IMG/VR virus record: IMGVR_UViG_3300023283_000076
Coordinates: 1-64,000 of that record
Direction: 5' to 3' (one strand)
Source of the DNA: a virus
Taxonomy: Duplodnaviria; Caudoviricetes
Length of the DNA stretch: 64,000 nt
A program made the translations under genes and the position numbers. Below the pieces are notes generated by a model. It did no database searches and was not told the DNA's origin. It saw only the letters and a program-made list of their open reading frames with translations. Within the stretch, counting starts at the first letter, position 1. Every line of letters begins with the position of its first letter. Below are positions 42,379-52,590 of the stretch, piece by piece.

Positions 42379-43154
42379 TTAAGCTACCTTTACATTCATA
42401 GAAATATTAAACCCTGTATTAGGGTCACGAACAAATCCTGACGTATCTTGTATAGCGTCAGCCTTTGCGGACAACGCTACAATGTGCCCACCATCAGGAT
42501 CAAGAAACCGTGCGTCAAATTCATCACCGTCAATGACAGGATACCCACCCCATGTTTTAGGCTTCGGATCATTACGCTTTAGTCGCATGACTACAGCAAG
42601 ATTGTAACCTTGCTTCAAGGCTTCGATAGCTTGAGCATCATTATCTTCGGCCAAGCTATACGTTAAATGATAATTAGGCATAGCCAATGCCATCTTTCTA
42701 TTCAGAATTTTTGTATAATCATAAAACTGGATTCCCGGAAATGCCCGCATGATATTACGATAATTAACACCCTGACGAACAACACGGATTTTTTCAAACG
42801 GAATATCACTGGTGCCGTTGAGACGAATTGCCGGTATCATTTTTCACGGTGGGCTTTACGCTCCAATGATTCAGCGTTCTGTACCAATTGTACCATGAAG
42901 CTGTCACGCTCTTCAAAAAACCACTTGGTCTTACGAATACGTGCCTTTTGTACATCATTAAAGCGACCATGCCCGGAAGTATACAAACATGCTTTCTTAC
43001 AACCTTCCGTAGCATTTGCGCATGTATTATAACCACTAATGTCATTCGGGGCGAGATACAAGATACCAGTCAATATACCCTTTTTAAGACTTTTGATCGT
43101 TTTGGCATCTGCACCTACGCTCAACAGGTTTTTCGACTTGTAACCAGTATGCAA
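42379..43154 (-). CDS. GP88-family protein split by a 1-nt frameshift at 42840-42844
   Basis: The two ORFs together equal intact paralogue 58336..59112. Confidence 0.8.
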
Positions 43155-43225
43155 TTAAATTCTCCTAATTTGTTGGAAATAAAGTATATCTGATGTTTGC
43201 TTAACTGTCAATAGATTCTTTAATT

Positions 43226-43440
43226 TTACTTTAGACGCGGCAAAATTCTTTTTTCGATATGATCTGCGATTTCTGAAAATGACATTCCACCGTCATTCAT
43301 CTTTATCAGCGTAATTTTTGTATTTTCGGATAGTACATCATAACTAAGAATCTCTTGTTGTTCACCCCACTCAGGTTTATATTGAGGCTTATCCTGTGTA
43401 TCTTTCAAAACACCCAAACAACAAAAATATGCACAAGGAT
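43226..43440 (-). pseudogene. 5'-truncated copy of 57940..58263
   Basis: Matches the C-terminal half only. Confidence 0.6.
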
Positions 43441-43477
43441 CTGTTCATAAACATCATTATTATACACAAAAACTCTA

Positions 43478-43882
43478 TCAAATCTCCTCAAAATAAACAT
43501 ACAATCCATTTCGGTTAATAGATAATACAATAAAACAATGCTCTTTTGTCAAATGAATAGAAAGATCATAGATTTCTACTTCGGTATCTACTTCCCATCC
43601 ATTTTCACATAATACATTGAATAAGATATCCAATCTTTTAATTAAATTCTTAATGGTTCGATTGTTGGAAAGATAAGTGTCTGACTCTATAAATGAAAAT
43701 CCATCACCGGGATAGGATTTTTCATTATTGCTTGTATAATTTGAAACAAATCTTTCATCCATACCTGTGATATTTGTAATGAATGTTTTAACTTCGTTTG
43801 CAAGTTCGGTTTTTCGTTTACTGTGTGTATTATTCATGATAGTAAGAATACCATAGATTGAGGTTAAAGTAAATAACAGCAT
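43478..43882 (-). CDS. hypothetical protein; paralogue of 57261..57602
   Basis: Shared LFNVLCENGWEVDTE. Confidence 0.7.
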   Translation of the reverse strand: MLLFTLTSIYGILTIMNNTHSKRKTELANEVKTFITNITGMDERFVSNYTSNNEKSYPGDGFSFIESDTYLSNNRTIKNLIKRLDILFNVLCENGWEVDTEVEIYDLSIHLTKEHCFIVLSINRNGLYVYFEEI

Positions 43883-43899
43883 GAGATTATTGCTACAAA

Positions 43900-44075
43900 T
43901 TGATCGCCTTTCGTCGCCGTACCCATAATTTTCCTATTATGGTTAACTCCTTATCCAGATAAACCAAGTGCAAAACACTTGCGAATACCTATCGATCAAG
44001 CAGTGCCATCTTGTAAAGTTGGAAGCTTTCACCTTCTGGAGCAAATGACTGATTCGATTACTCACTATCCAACTT
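43900..44075 (-). ncRNA. short version of the structured RNA locus at 56282-57215
   Basis: Promoter plus two conserved stem-closed domains; lacks the 737-nt central block. Confidence 0.55.
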
Positions 44076-44142
44076 GGAAACCATCCTAACGCTTTATTTA
44101 TTCTTTGTCAACACTCTTTTCAATTTTTTCTCTCAATACATA

Positions 44143-44415
44143 CTATTCTTGTATTTCATCATCTAAATGTAAAGCCCATACAATATCAACAAATTGTTCT
44201 TCTGTCAAATCAGTCGGATCACCATAATATTCTTCTAACTTTACATGCATCAAATTACCCTGACCAACACGCCCTGTAAAAATACGACCAATGTCGACAA
44301 TTCGGTAAACCGTATTAGTCAAGCTATCATAGGCATAATCATCAACACTAGGCAAGCCATTACCACGTTCTTCAATTACGCCACTTATAATATCAGTCAT
44401 GTTTAATTTCTCCAT
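44143..44415 (-). CDS. hypothetical protein; paralogue of 55956..56213
   Basis: Near-identical protein. Confidence 0.75.
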   Translation of the reverse strand: MEKLNMTDIISGVIEERGNGLPSVDDYAYDSLTNTVYRIVDIGRIFTGRVGQGNLMHVKLEEYYGDPTDLTEEQFVDIVWALHLDDEIQE

Positions 44416-44671
44416 TAAATACAGCTACAGCACAGTGAAAACCATCAGGGCCAAACCATTCTGTTGGCTCATTTTCTTCATGTTGTTTCTCTGGAGCATA
44501 CAAACCACCACAATGTCCAGCAGTCCTAGCAGTCTCATATAAACTTTCTTCAAGACCGACCTTACCGCTGTTAACTAAATCATACGCTTCACTCAAATTA
44601 GACACGACACCAAGAAATGATTCGCAGCATCCATCTGGCGCTTCATATACATTATATCCTACAATATCCAT
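44393..44671 (-). CDS. hypothetical protein
   Basis: ORF with RBS; only its 3' tail survives in the right arm. Confidence 0.65.
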   Translation of the reverse strand: MDIVGYNVYEAPDGCCESFLGVVSNLSEAYDLVNSGKVGLEESLYETARTAGHCGGLYAPEKQHEENEPTEWFGPDGFHCAVAVFNGEIKHD

Positions 44672-44864
44672 GTCATAAAATCCTTAGTTATAAGTGTTGA
44701 TAATTCCCTATGGGAAACGTCTATTATATATAATTAAAAAAAATATGTTAAACACTAAGTATCATCAACTTCACGATAAGAATAACGATCATCCTTGCTT
44801 ATTTTAACATAACTCCATACAGTAACTGCAATCAATAACAACGCAATAAATCCAAATATGTAAA

Positions 44865-45644
44865 TCATTTCTTCTTCCTCTTTGTCGGATATTTTCTGAA
44901 AGACCAATCATCAAATCCCTTGGCCTTAGACATGTCTTTATCAGATATATCTACCATATCAGGCTCAGACGGCGCAAACACCGATCCCATGTACATAGAC
45001 AATTCCTGATAAGCAGTATATGGATCAAATATAGCAGCAAATCCAAAATCTTGCAAGACCGGATTCCTCGTGATTCTTACCCGATTACTATACCTGATTG
45101 GCCTCAAATGAAAAATAGGACAATTAAGATGCAAAAAAATATCATTGGCATTTCCCCTTATTAAATCCTTTACCTCACCTACCACAATACGATCCTGCTC
45201 TTTCTTATCCATTTTTTTAAACAAACTATTTTTCTTATCAATTACCCGAAATACTTCACTTCTATAATCCATAAAATAACTAATCGAATACATTACAAAA
45301 AATCTACCACAAAATCCGATTACATCAACTTCACTAGAAATGACATTAACGTTCCTCTTGGAATATTGTTCAAAAATATTTTTTAAAATACGTCCGTTAT
45401 TATGTAAATTTCTGGCATTTTTATTACGAGGCCTATAACCATATCCGAAATATTCAGGATTCAATTTTTTTTCAAAAAATAAAGACTCTCCATCCCGTTC
45501 TACTGTAATATACGAATTACCAAAATCTACAGTAGATACAATAGATTTATCAAAAGCACCTTCACGTTTGAAAATCAACGTGGGATCATAACCTGACCCC
45601 ATCGCCGAATCATAATAATCTGAATATTTTGAAATTATTTTCAT
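44865..45644 (-). CDS. conserved phage hypothetical protein; paralogue of 55015..55797
   Basis: MKIISKYSDYYD...DPYTAYQELSMY...KGFDDWSF. Confidence 0.8.
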   Translation of the reverse strand: MKIISKYSDYYDSAMGSGYDPTLIFKREGAFDKSIVSTVDFGNSYITVERDGESLFFEKKLNPEYFGYGYRPRNKNARNLHNNGRILKNIFEQYSKRNVNVISSEVDVIGFCGRFFVMYSISYFMDYRSEVFRVIDKKNSLFKKMDKKEQDRIVVGEVKDLIRGNANDIFLHLNCPIFHLRPIRYSNRVRITRNPVLQDFGFAAIFDPYTAYQELSMYMGSVFAPSEPDMVDISDKDMSKAKGFDDWSFRKYPTKRKKK

Positions 45645-45893
45645 CTCTATTCCCTATTTTGAACGCGCTCGCGAATCATCAATATGCTTCTTGAGCTTAC
45701 CCTTGATTCCTAATGCGAACCGGGACAATTTAGTCAATCCGATGACTACCAATATTCCAATTGTAGCATACAACGGCACAAAATACAAAACCATATCTTA
45801 AGACCTTTATCATATTTTTATGATGTTGTCAACCCTTGATCTAACACTTTTTGTATGCTATGCTATGGTAGCAAATACCATATCCCATACGCT

Positions 45894-46076
45894 AAATGAG
45901 AATCATTATCATTTGCAATAGCGTTCGTATATGATAAAAATGTTTGACAATTTTTTGAAACTATGATACGATGAAAGTAATATGCAAAAAATCTGAATGC
46001 GAACGATTATCATTTCCAACCCTACTTGAGAATGGTTCGTATTCTCACAAGCGTGATGAGAATGATTCTCGTTTGT
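45894..46076. promoter_or_regulatory. cluster of Fur-box-like sites
   Basis: AAATGAGAATCATTATCATTT at 45894-45914 (20/21) plus weaker sites. Confidence 0.6.
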
Positions 46077-46602
46077 ACCCTCATTACCATCCTCAATACC
46101 CTTTCCTACACTTGAAAAATATAAAATACTCTATCCATCATCCAAAAACATAGGGGGCCAAGCTATAAAATTGATTAGTCCCCTAGGGCAAAATCAATAC
46201 CCTTCAAAAAAAGTGTAATAAAAACAATTAGTTATGGTAACAAGGGTCTCAGTGAATTTTTTTAAATTTTTTGACGATAGGGGCCATGCCAAAAAGAGTT
46301 TTACAAGGATCTCCTAATATAGATAAAAAATAGAGTAAAAACAACACTTTAATGCAGGGTTTTTAAAAATTAATAATATAGTGTTTATAGGTTTTTCAGA
46401 ATGATATTATAATGATATCACGATAATATTTATATAATATGATTTTTACAGTTCACATAATAGTATATGTTATTGAAATATATTGAAAACCCCTAACGCA
46501 CGCGTTAGGGGTTATGATATATATGCTGATAGTGTTACGCTTAACGAAATATTTAATGGTTTGAAGGTATCTAATAAATATAAAATACTGTATACATAAT
46601 TA

Positions 46603-47115
46603 ATGAGAATTCAAACCATTCTTTCATTATATGAAGCCCTCAAACCTTCTCAATACAGAGATATTGTAAAAAATTGGGATAAGACATATTTGGAAAAGGT
46701 ATTTAAAAATTCTCCGCATAAGAAGGATAGGAATGCTTATAGGTTATACATTCCTATTTCGGCTACTGATAATATTGTTATAGAGCCCAATCCTAGGATT
46801 AAAGATTATTTGGATAGTAATGATTTTGAAATAGGAGATTATGTTAAGGGTTATGTTAAAAAGAAATCAGATGGTAGAACCATGAAAATCGGAAAAGTGT
46901 TGCCTGATGAACTAAAACAAGTATTTGTTAATGATCCTAAAAGGCGAGCATCCAAACATGAAACTATGGTGGTAATATCCCGGCATCCGTATGATATAGC
47001 TGGAATGAGTACTGACCGGGGGGTGGACTAGTTCCCAAAATTTAGTTAATGGATCGTACTGTAGATTTGTTCCTAACGATATTAAAGCGGGGACTATTAT
47101 TACATATGAGACAAA
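46603..47115 (+). pseudogene. N-terminal half of a split phage gene, frameshift at G6 run 47018-47023
   Basis: VISRHPYDIAGMSTDRG(WTS...IKAGTIITYET); continues in frame into 28932-28510. Confidence 0.7.
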
Positions 47116-47570
47116 TAATTTTAAAATATACATTTTTATTTTACCTATATATTAAAAATAAAAGTATACTAAGAATTAAAAAATATGATAGCAAAAACAC
47201 ATAAATTAAAATGATGAATAAAAGAATACCAGTCCTAACGCCAGATATTTCTGAGTTATCTAGATCTACGGAGAATTTTATAATATTTTTAATCATTTAT
47301 ATACACTTCAATTTATTTTGACTATTATAACACAAGTCTAATGAAGTTTCTACGTTTATTCATTTCTCGAATGATACGATTCAAATAGGTATTCGATTTT
47401 TTTTCAAGGATTCTTACTTTTCGTGAATCGTCTTTATACATTATTTGATATACGGTTAGAAATATTTGGATCTTTTAAATCATACGAAATGTTTAGCGTA
47501 TAGTTTTTTGGCATTTACGGGAACAATATGTCCATCATCGTCATAAACAATAAAACTTTCATTGTTAAAA

Positions 47571-48213
47571 TTAATCGTTTTCATAAATTAAACCTCCAAC
47601 AACCCTAGAAATGTTTTCATAGGTAGGTTTAATATCATGATAAACATCATTTCTGATGATAAAACATCCATTCTTTATACGATTAGATAGATTCATCCAA
47701 TTTTCACCGATTGAATGTAACATTTCGTGAATATCATCAGTATTTTTATTATGTAATTCTTTGTGTAAAAAGAACTTCCTAGCAAACATTTGTAGACTGT
47801 TTCTTTTCCAATCCCTAGCTCTCCATAGAAAAGCATTACAAACGTCTTCACGAGGAACTGAGAAAGCCCTAGAGTCAAATACAGCCATCTATATCTCTTT
47901 CTTTAAGAATTTGATTGAAATATGCTGTCATGTATGCTGCACTTAGTGAAACCTGTTTTGAATGATTGTAATTAAACCACCCCTGTGTTTCATGCGTTTC
48001 ATAATCAGTAAGTAAAAATGTGACTTCATCCGACTGAATAAATGCGGCCTTGAAACCTTGCATTTGTTTTGAAACCATAAGAGCACTCGTGTCCATTGCA
48101 TCCATGAGTCTTCGCAAATGGATATTTACCCGAATAAACGTCTCCCGTAAGTGTAGTATCAACCATCTGTAATAATTCTCCGTTAAATAATAATAACATA
48201 AATCATTAAACAA
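47571..48213 (-). pseudogene. Thg1-like tRNA-His guanylyltransferase, split and lacking a recognisable N-terminal DG motif
   Basis: FIQSDEVTFLL, QGWF...K..S.SA..MTAYFN, AVFDSRAF and WRARDWKRNS. Confidence 0.8.
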
Positions 48214-48323
48214 TTCAAGCCATTAACAGTTAAATAATTCGTTAAAATAATAAATCAATAGAAATCCGACTTTTGCATTCTTAGAATCAAAGATTAATAT
48301 AGTTTCCTTGAATATGAATTATT

Positions 48324-49544
48324 TTAATTATATTCCGTTGCATTTTTTCTGTTCAAATAATCATCAGAAATAGATTTTAAAATCAATCGACCAATAGTAG
48401 TATCAGGAATTTCATATTCAAGAGGTTTAATTACAGCACCTTCCCGAATGTGAGTTCCTGTGATCGAATCCTTTCCATCAGTATATTGCCCTATTGTGCC
48501 ATAAAAAATTGGCCCACGATAAAGCTCTGGAACAGTTTCAATTCCAAATCCTTCCATAACTTTAAGCATGTTTTTGTATGGAAGATATTTACCCTTTCCG
48601 GGTTCGCCTATATAAACATCAAATACTCTGAAATTGGTTTCATTCAACCCATAATCTAAATCTTGAACAGCTTTTCCATATATTTCGCCAATGATATATA
48701 TCGGCTTATTTACTGACGCATCTTCTTTGAGACTTTCCGCTACTTCATAAATATCAAACCGCTCATGAAATTTCTTGAAGGCTTTCATATACAAATTGTT
48801 TGTATTAGCTTCATTATCCTTGAAAGCTAACCCCTTTGAAGAAAGTCCCTTTGAAGTTACAATACAATTAGTATACGGAATTTCTTCGTGAACAGGGTGC
48901 TCTTGCACTCGCTCTCCATTAACATAATAATAATTAGGCCATACACCAAAACAACACCATGTGCCATGAAGCTTTTCTGTAATAACACATTGAATACCTA
49001 AAACCTCTAATGCTTGCTCATATTGAGGATGATTCTTGATATTTTCAATATCATACTTCAAAGTCTTACCAGAAAGATTACAAACCTCACCACTCATCTG
49101 TGTAGGAATTTCAGGTTCCCATTTTACAATATATAAAAATTGAGAAACATCTGTCCCAATATCTTCTTCACCTACAGACATGGCTTCTTCCATACCATAT
49201 TCATTACACAAAATACCATCAACAATAGGATATAATAACCCTAAACTCGTCTCTCCACGAAGCTTAACAGCCTTTACACGATTACCTCTAGAACCAGCTA
49301 GTTTACCAATGCCCTTCTCTACATCCCATAAGTTCATGTCTTCTAAAATGTATCGAGGAACAAGAGTTTGCTCAGGAATGTATACAACAAGATCACCTTC
49401 ATTAAATTGACCCTTTTTAACAATACATTGATATCCCAATACATCAGCAAACTCTAATGCATCTGCATTAGGATGTGGACGAATCCTTTCGATTTTTTCA
49501 ATTGTCGCTTTTCTATCTGCCATATAGTTAACTCGCTTTTTCAA
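48324..49544 (-). CDS. RNA ligase, DRB0094 (Rnl2-like) family
   Basis: HPNADALE..V.GYQ.IV.KG OB domain, ITEKLHGT, GEIYG, FRVFD, REG.VIK and LKSIS..YL. Confidence 0.88.
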   Translation of the reverse strand: MKKRVNYMADRKATIEKIERIRPHPNADALEFADVLGYQCIVKKGQFNEGDLVVYIPEQTLVPRYILEDMNLWDVEKGIGKLAGSRGNRVKAVKLRGETSLGLLYPIVDGILCNEYGMEEAMSVGEEDIGTDVSQFLYIVKWEPEIPTQMSGEVCNLSGKTLKYDIENIKNHPQYEQALEVLGIQCVITEKLHGTWCCFGVWPNYYYVNGERVQEHPVHEEIPYTNCIVTSKGLSSKGLAFKDNEANTNNLYMKAFKKFHERFDIYEVAESLKEDASVNKPIYIIGEIYGKAVQDLDYGLNETNFRVFDVYIGEPGKGKYLPYKNMLKVMEGFGIETVPELYRGPIFYGTIGQYTDGKDSITGTHIREGAVIKPLEYEIPDTTIGRLILKSISDDYLNRKNATEYN

Positions 49545-50655
49545 ACCATGGTATTTCTAATTCGTTAAATCTCTTAAGCTGTCCGTCATCATAATATTCA
49601 ATTTTATTTTTATATTCATATCCATCAGAATCTTTACGATGAATCAAATTATTATTCGAATCAAATTCTTTCCAATATTCATATCCATCAGAACTTTTAC
49701 AATGAATCAAATTATTATTCGAATCATATTCTTTCCAATATTCAACTTCATCGGAACTTTTATAATGAATCAAATTATTATTCGAATCATATTCTTGCCA
49801 ATATTGAAATCCATTAGAATTCTTATAATGAATTACATTATTATTGGAATCAAATTCTTGCCAATATTCATATCCATCAGAATTCTTATAATGAATCAAA
49901 CTATTATTGGAATCATATTTTTTCCAATATTCAACTTCACCAGAATTCTTATAATGAATCAAATTATTATTCGAATCAAATTCTTGCCAATATTCATGCC
50001 CATCAGAGTGGTTATAATGAATTAAATTATTATTGGAATCATATTTTCTCCAAGATTCTATACCATCAGAATTCTTAAAATGAATTAAATTATTATTGGA
50101 ATCATATTTTCTCCAAGATTCTATACCATCAGAATTCTTAAAATGAATTACATTATTATTCGAATCAAATTCTTGCCAATATTGAAATCCATCAGAATCT
50201 TTATGATGAGTCAAATTATTATTCGAATCAAATTCTTGCCAATATTCATGCCCATCAGAATCTTTACGATGAATCAAATTATTATTCGAATCAAATTCTT
50301 TCCAATATTCATATCCATCAGAACTTTTACAATGAATCAAATTATTATTCGAATCATATTCTTTCCAATATTGAAATCCATTAGAATTCTTATAATGAAT
50401 CAAATTATTATTGGAATCATATTTTTTCCAAGATTCTATACCATCAGAATTCTGATAATAAATCAAATTATTATTCGAATCAAATTCAATGCTATCTTTA
50501 TTATTCTTTAACCACCTGACATAATCTTTATGATCACCGTTAACTTGATCTAATAACTCAAGCGGAAATCCAATAAGATTATTATTTTTTACAAATTCAA
50601 CAGCACTAGTACATGCATCGCGTTCATTTAAAAATTTTTCAGTTAATGTATTCAT
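49528..50655 (-). CDS. protein with 14 tandem 21-aa repeats (YD-like)
   Basis: [YF]DSNNNLIH.K.SDG.EYW.E unit (63 bp). Confidence 0.85.
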   Translation of the reverse strand: MNTLTEKFLNERDACTSAVEFVKNNNLIGFPLELLDQVNGDHKDYVRWLKNNKDSIEFDSNNNLIYYQNSDGIESWKKYDSNNNLIHYKNSNGFQYWKEYDSNNNLIHCKSSDGYEYWKEFDSNNNLIHRKDSDGHEYWQEFDSNNNLTHHKDSDGFQYWQEFDSNNNVIHFKNSDGIESWRKYDSNNNLIHFKNSDGIESWRKYDSNNNLIHYNHSDGHEYWQEFDSNNNLIHYKNSGEVEYWKKYDSNNSLIHYKNSDGYEYWQEFDSNNNVIHYKNSNGFQYWQEYDSNNNLIHYKSSDEVEYWKEYDSNNNLIHCKSSDGYEYWKEFDSNNNLIHRKDSDGYEYKNKIEYYDDGQLKRFNELEIPWFEKAS

Positions 50656-50771
50656 TTGTTTACTCCATGGGGTTTCAATCAGTGAATTTTAAAGTAGGGC
50701 AAATACCACTCTTAACAGCTTTCATCTTTTCAATAATTATGTTATCAGAATCACTAATAATACCAGAAAGT

Positions 50772-50972
50772 CTATATTTTCTGAACAAAAATATACCATA
50801 TCCAGTCGCTATGGCTATCCATAACAAATATCCGATGACTAAAGATGTCAAAATACCTCCAGACCAAGAAAAGTGTTCCCATGTAATAATATAGAAATGG
50901 TGACATCAACGAAAATATACCCAGTCCTATCATGGATATTATCCATGATACGAAAAAAATTATGAATACCAC
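50772..50972 (-). CDS. small membrane protein
   Basis: Hydrophobic ORF. Confidence 0.45.
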   Translation of the reverse strand: MVFIIFFVSWIISMIGLGIFSLMSPFLYYYMGTLFLVWRYFDIFSHRIFVMDSHSDWIWYIFVQKI

Positions 50973-51175
50973 CGACCATATAAATTACCAGAAAAATGTA
51001 CATACATTTTTAGCAGGATTTTTAAAAATAAGATTAGTTATTCTATATGTCTTGCTCTTTTTACTTATACTTAATTCTTTCACCAGTTTTTCTCCTAAGT
51101 TTTAACCAGTATTACATATATCATACATTAAGTCAAGAAGCTTCTAAACTTCTTCTATAAAATTAATATAAAAAC

Positions 51176-51427
51176 CTAACATAATCCTTCTTCTTCCTTT
51201 CCTTCTTCTTCTTTGATAATATTAGATATAAATATCTGTACTAAATAATTACCCGCATCAATATGAGTCTTGAATCCCTTTACACGACCATAACCCCCAT
51301 AAATCGATAACGCATCCCATCCACTATCATATTCAAAAATAGACCCCAAAAGTATATCTCCATAATAAAACATATATCCATCATCTGAATAATATACGAA
51401 ATTATAGTCCGATTCCTCAGTTTTCAT
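51176..51427 (-). CDS. hypothetical protein
   Basis: GAGG RBS; overlaps the upstream stop. Confidence 0.6.
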   Translation of the reverse strand: MKTEESDYNFVYYSDDGYMFYYGDILLGSIFEYDSGWDALSIYGGYGRVKGFKTHIDAGNYLVQIFISNIIKEEEGKEEEGLC

Positions 51428-51630
51428 AATAAATCCTCTTTATATGAATAATCTTCTCTTAAAGCATCTGTAATAGAAATCACTATACATCCGTGTTCAA
51501 TTTTAAACATCATGGAAGACGTAATAAGTAATCTACTTATACCATAATCATCATCATGAAGCAAAACCTCTACATCGCCGTGTTCGGCTTTTAGCCTTTC
51601 TAAATTTTTAATTAATTCACTTATAATCAT
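51424..51630 (-). CDS. hypothetical protein
   Basis: M..SELI..L..L...HGD.EV pattern. Confidence 0.65.
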   Translation of the reverse strand: MIISELIKNLERLKAEHGDVEVLLHDDDYGISRLLITSSMMFKIEHGCIVISITDALREDYSYKEDLL

Positions 51631-52273
51631 ATTTTAATTTCCTTTCAATTTTTGCCATTCTTTTATTCCTGATTTCTATTCGTCAATATACTACAGAATG
51701 GAATCAATGTCAATTCAATCCTTAAAAACATAAATGATCCTAAATTATATAATAAAAAATGTACCAGAATATAACATTAAATAATTCGTTAAGCTCATCA
51801 TAACCTACATATATACCAAAACCCCTAACGCACGCGTTAGAGGTTTTTAATATATTTCAATAACATACATTATTATGTGAACTGTAAAAATTATATTATA
51901 TAAATATTATCGCAATATCATATTGATAACATTCCGAAAACCCTATAAACACTATATTTTCAATTTTAAAAAAATACTACATAAAGTATTGTTTTTAAAC
52001 ACTTTTTTATGATGATTGGGTGGAAAATGTAAAAATATATTTGGCATGGCCCGCAAAATATAAAAATATCAAAAAAATTCTCTCAGACCCTCTTTACCAT
52101 AAGTAACTGTTTTTATTACATTTTTTTATAATGTTATTAAGTTTTTCCCTAGGGGACTAATCAATTTTTACCTTGGCCCCCTATGTAATATAGATGATTT
52201 TTATAAAACAGTTTAAAATAGTAAAAACAATTGTAAGTATTGTTGATACAGTTTGGGATGGTAATGAGGGTAA

Positions 52274-52485
52274 AAATGAGAATCATCCTCATCGGCGTAT
52301 TGCAAATGATTATCATTCTCATCACGCTCATGAGAATAAGAATCATTCTCAAATAGCGTCATAAATGATAATCATTCTCATTTAAGATTTTAGATATATT
52401 ACTTCCATCGTATCACATTTTTAAAAAGTTGTCAAGCATTTTCATCATATGCGAACGCTATTACAAATGATAACAATTCTCATTT
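52274..52485. promoter_or_regulatory. array of at least five Fur-box-like sites
   Basis: AAATGATAATCATTCTCATTT at 52363-52383 (20/21), 52465-52485 (19/21), 52304-52324 (17/21) and others. Confidence 0.65.
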
Positions 52486-52590
52486 AGCGTAGGACATAAT
52501 GATATTCTCTACCATATTATATCACAAAAAAAGTTTAAATCAAGGGTTGACATTGTATATATTATATGGTAAAGGTACTAAAGTAGGAAT

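Larger units (their letters stand above)
37941..46530 (-). repeat. left arm of a diverged inverted duplication (pairs with 51820-64000)
   Basis: Same gene order in reverse (rIIB, rIIA, GP88-like and others) with long near-identical blocks. Confidence 0.92.

Noticed and set aside
49639-50511. Plus-strand Ile/Phe-rich repetitive ORFs
   Set aside because: Antisense shadows of the 63-bp repeat gene.
49528-50655. Diversity-generating retroelement target/template pair (repeat gene and the 28085 and 34786 copies)
   Set aside because: Differences are not adenine-specific, AAT codons are the conserved ones, and there is no reverse transcriptase in the window.
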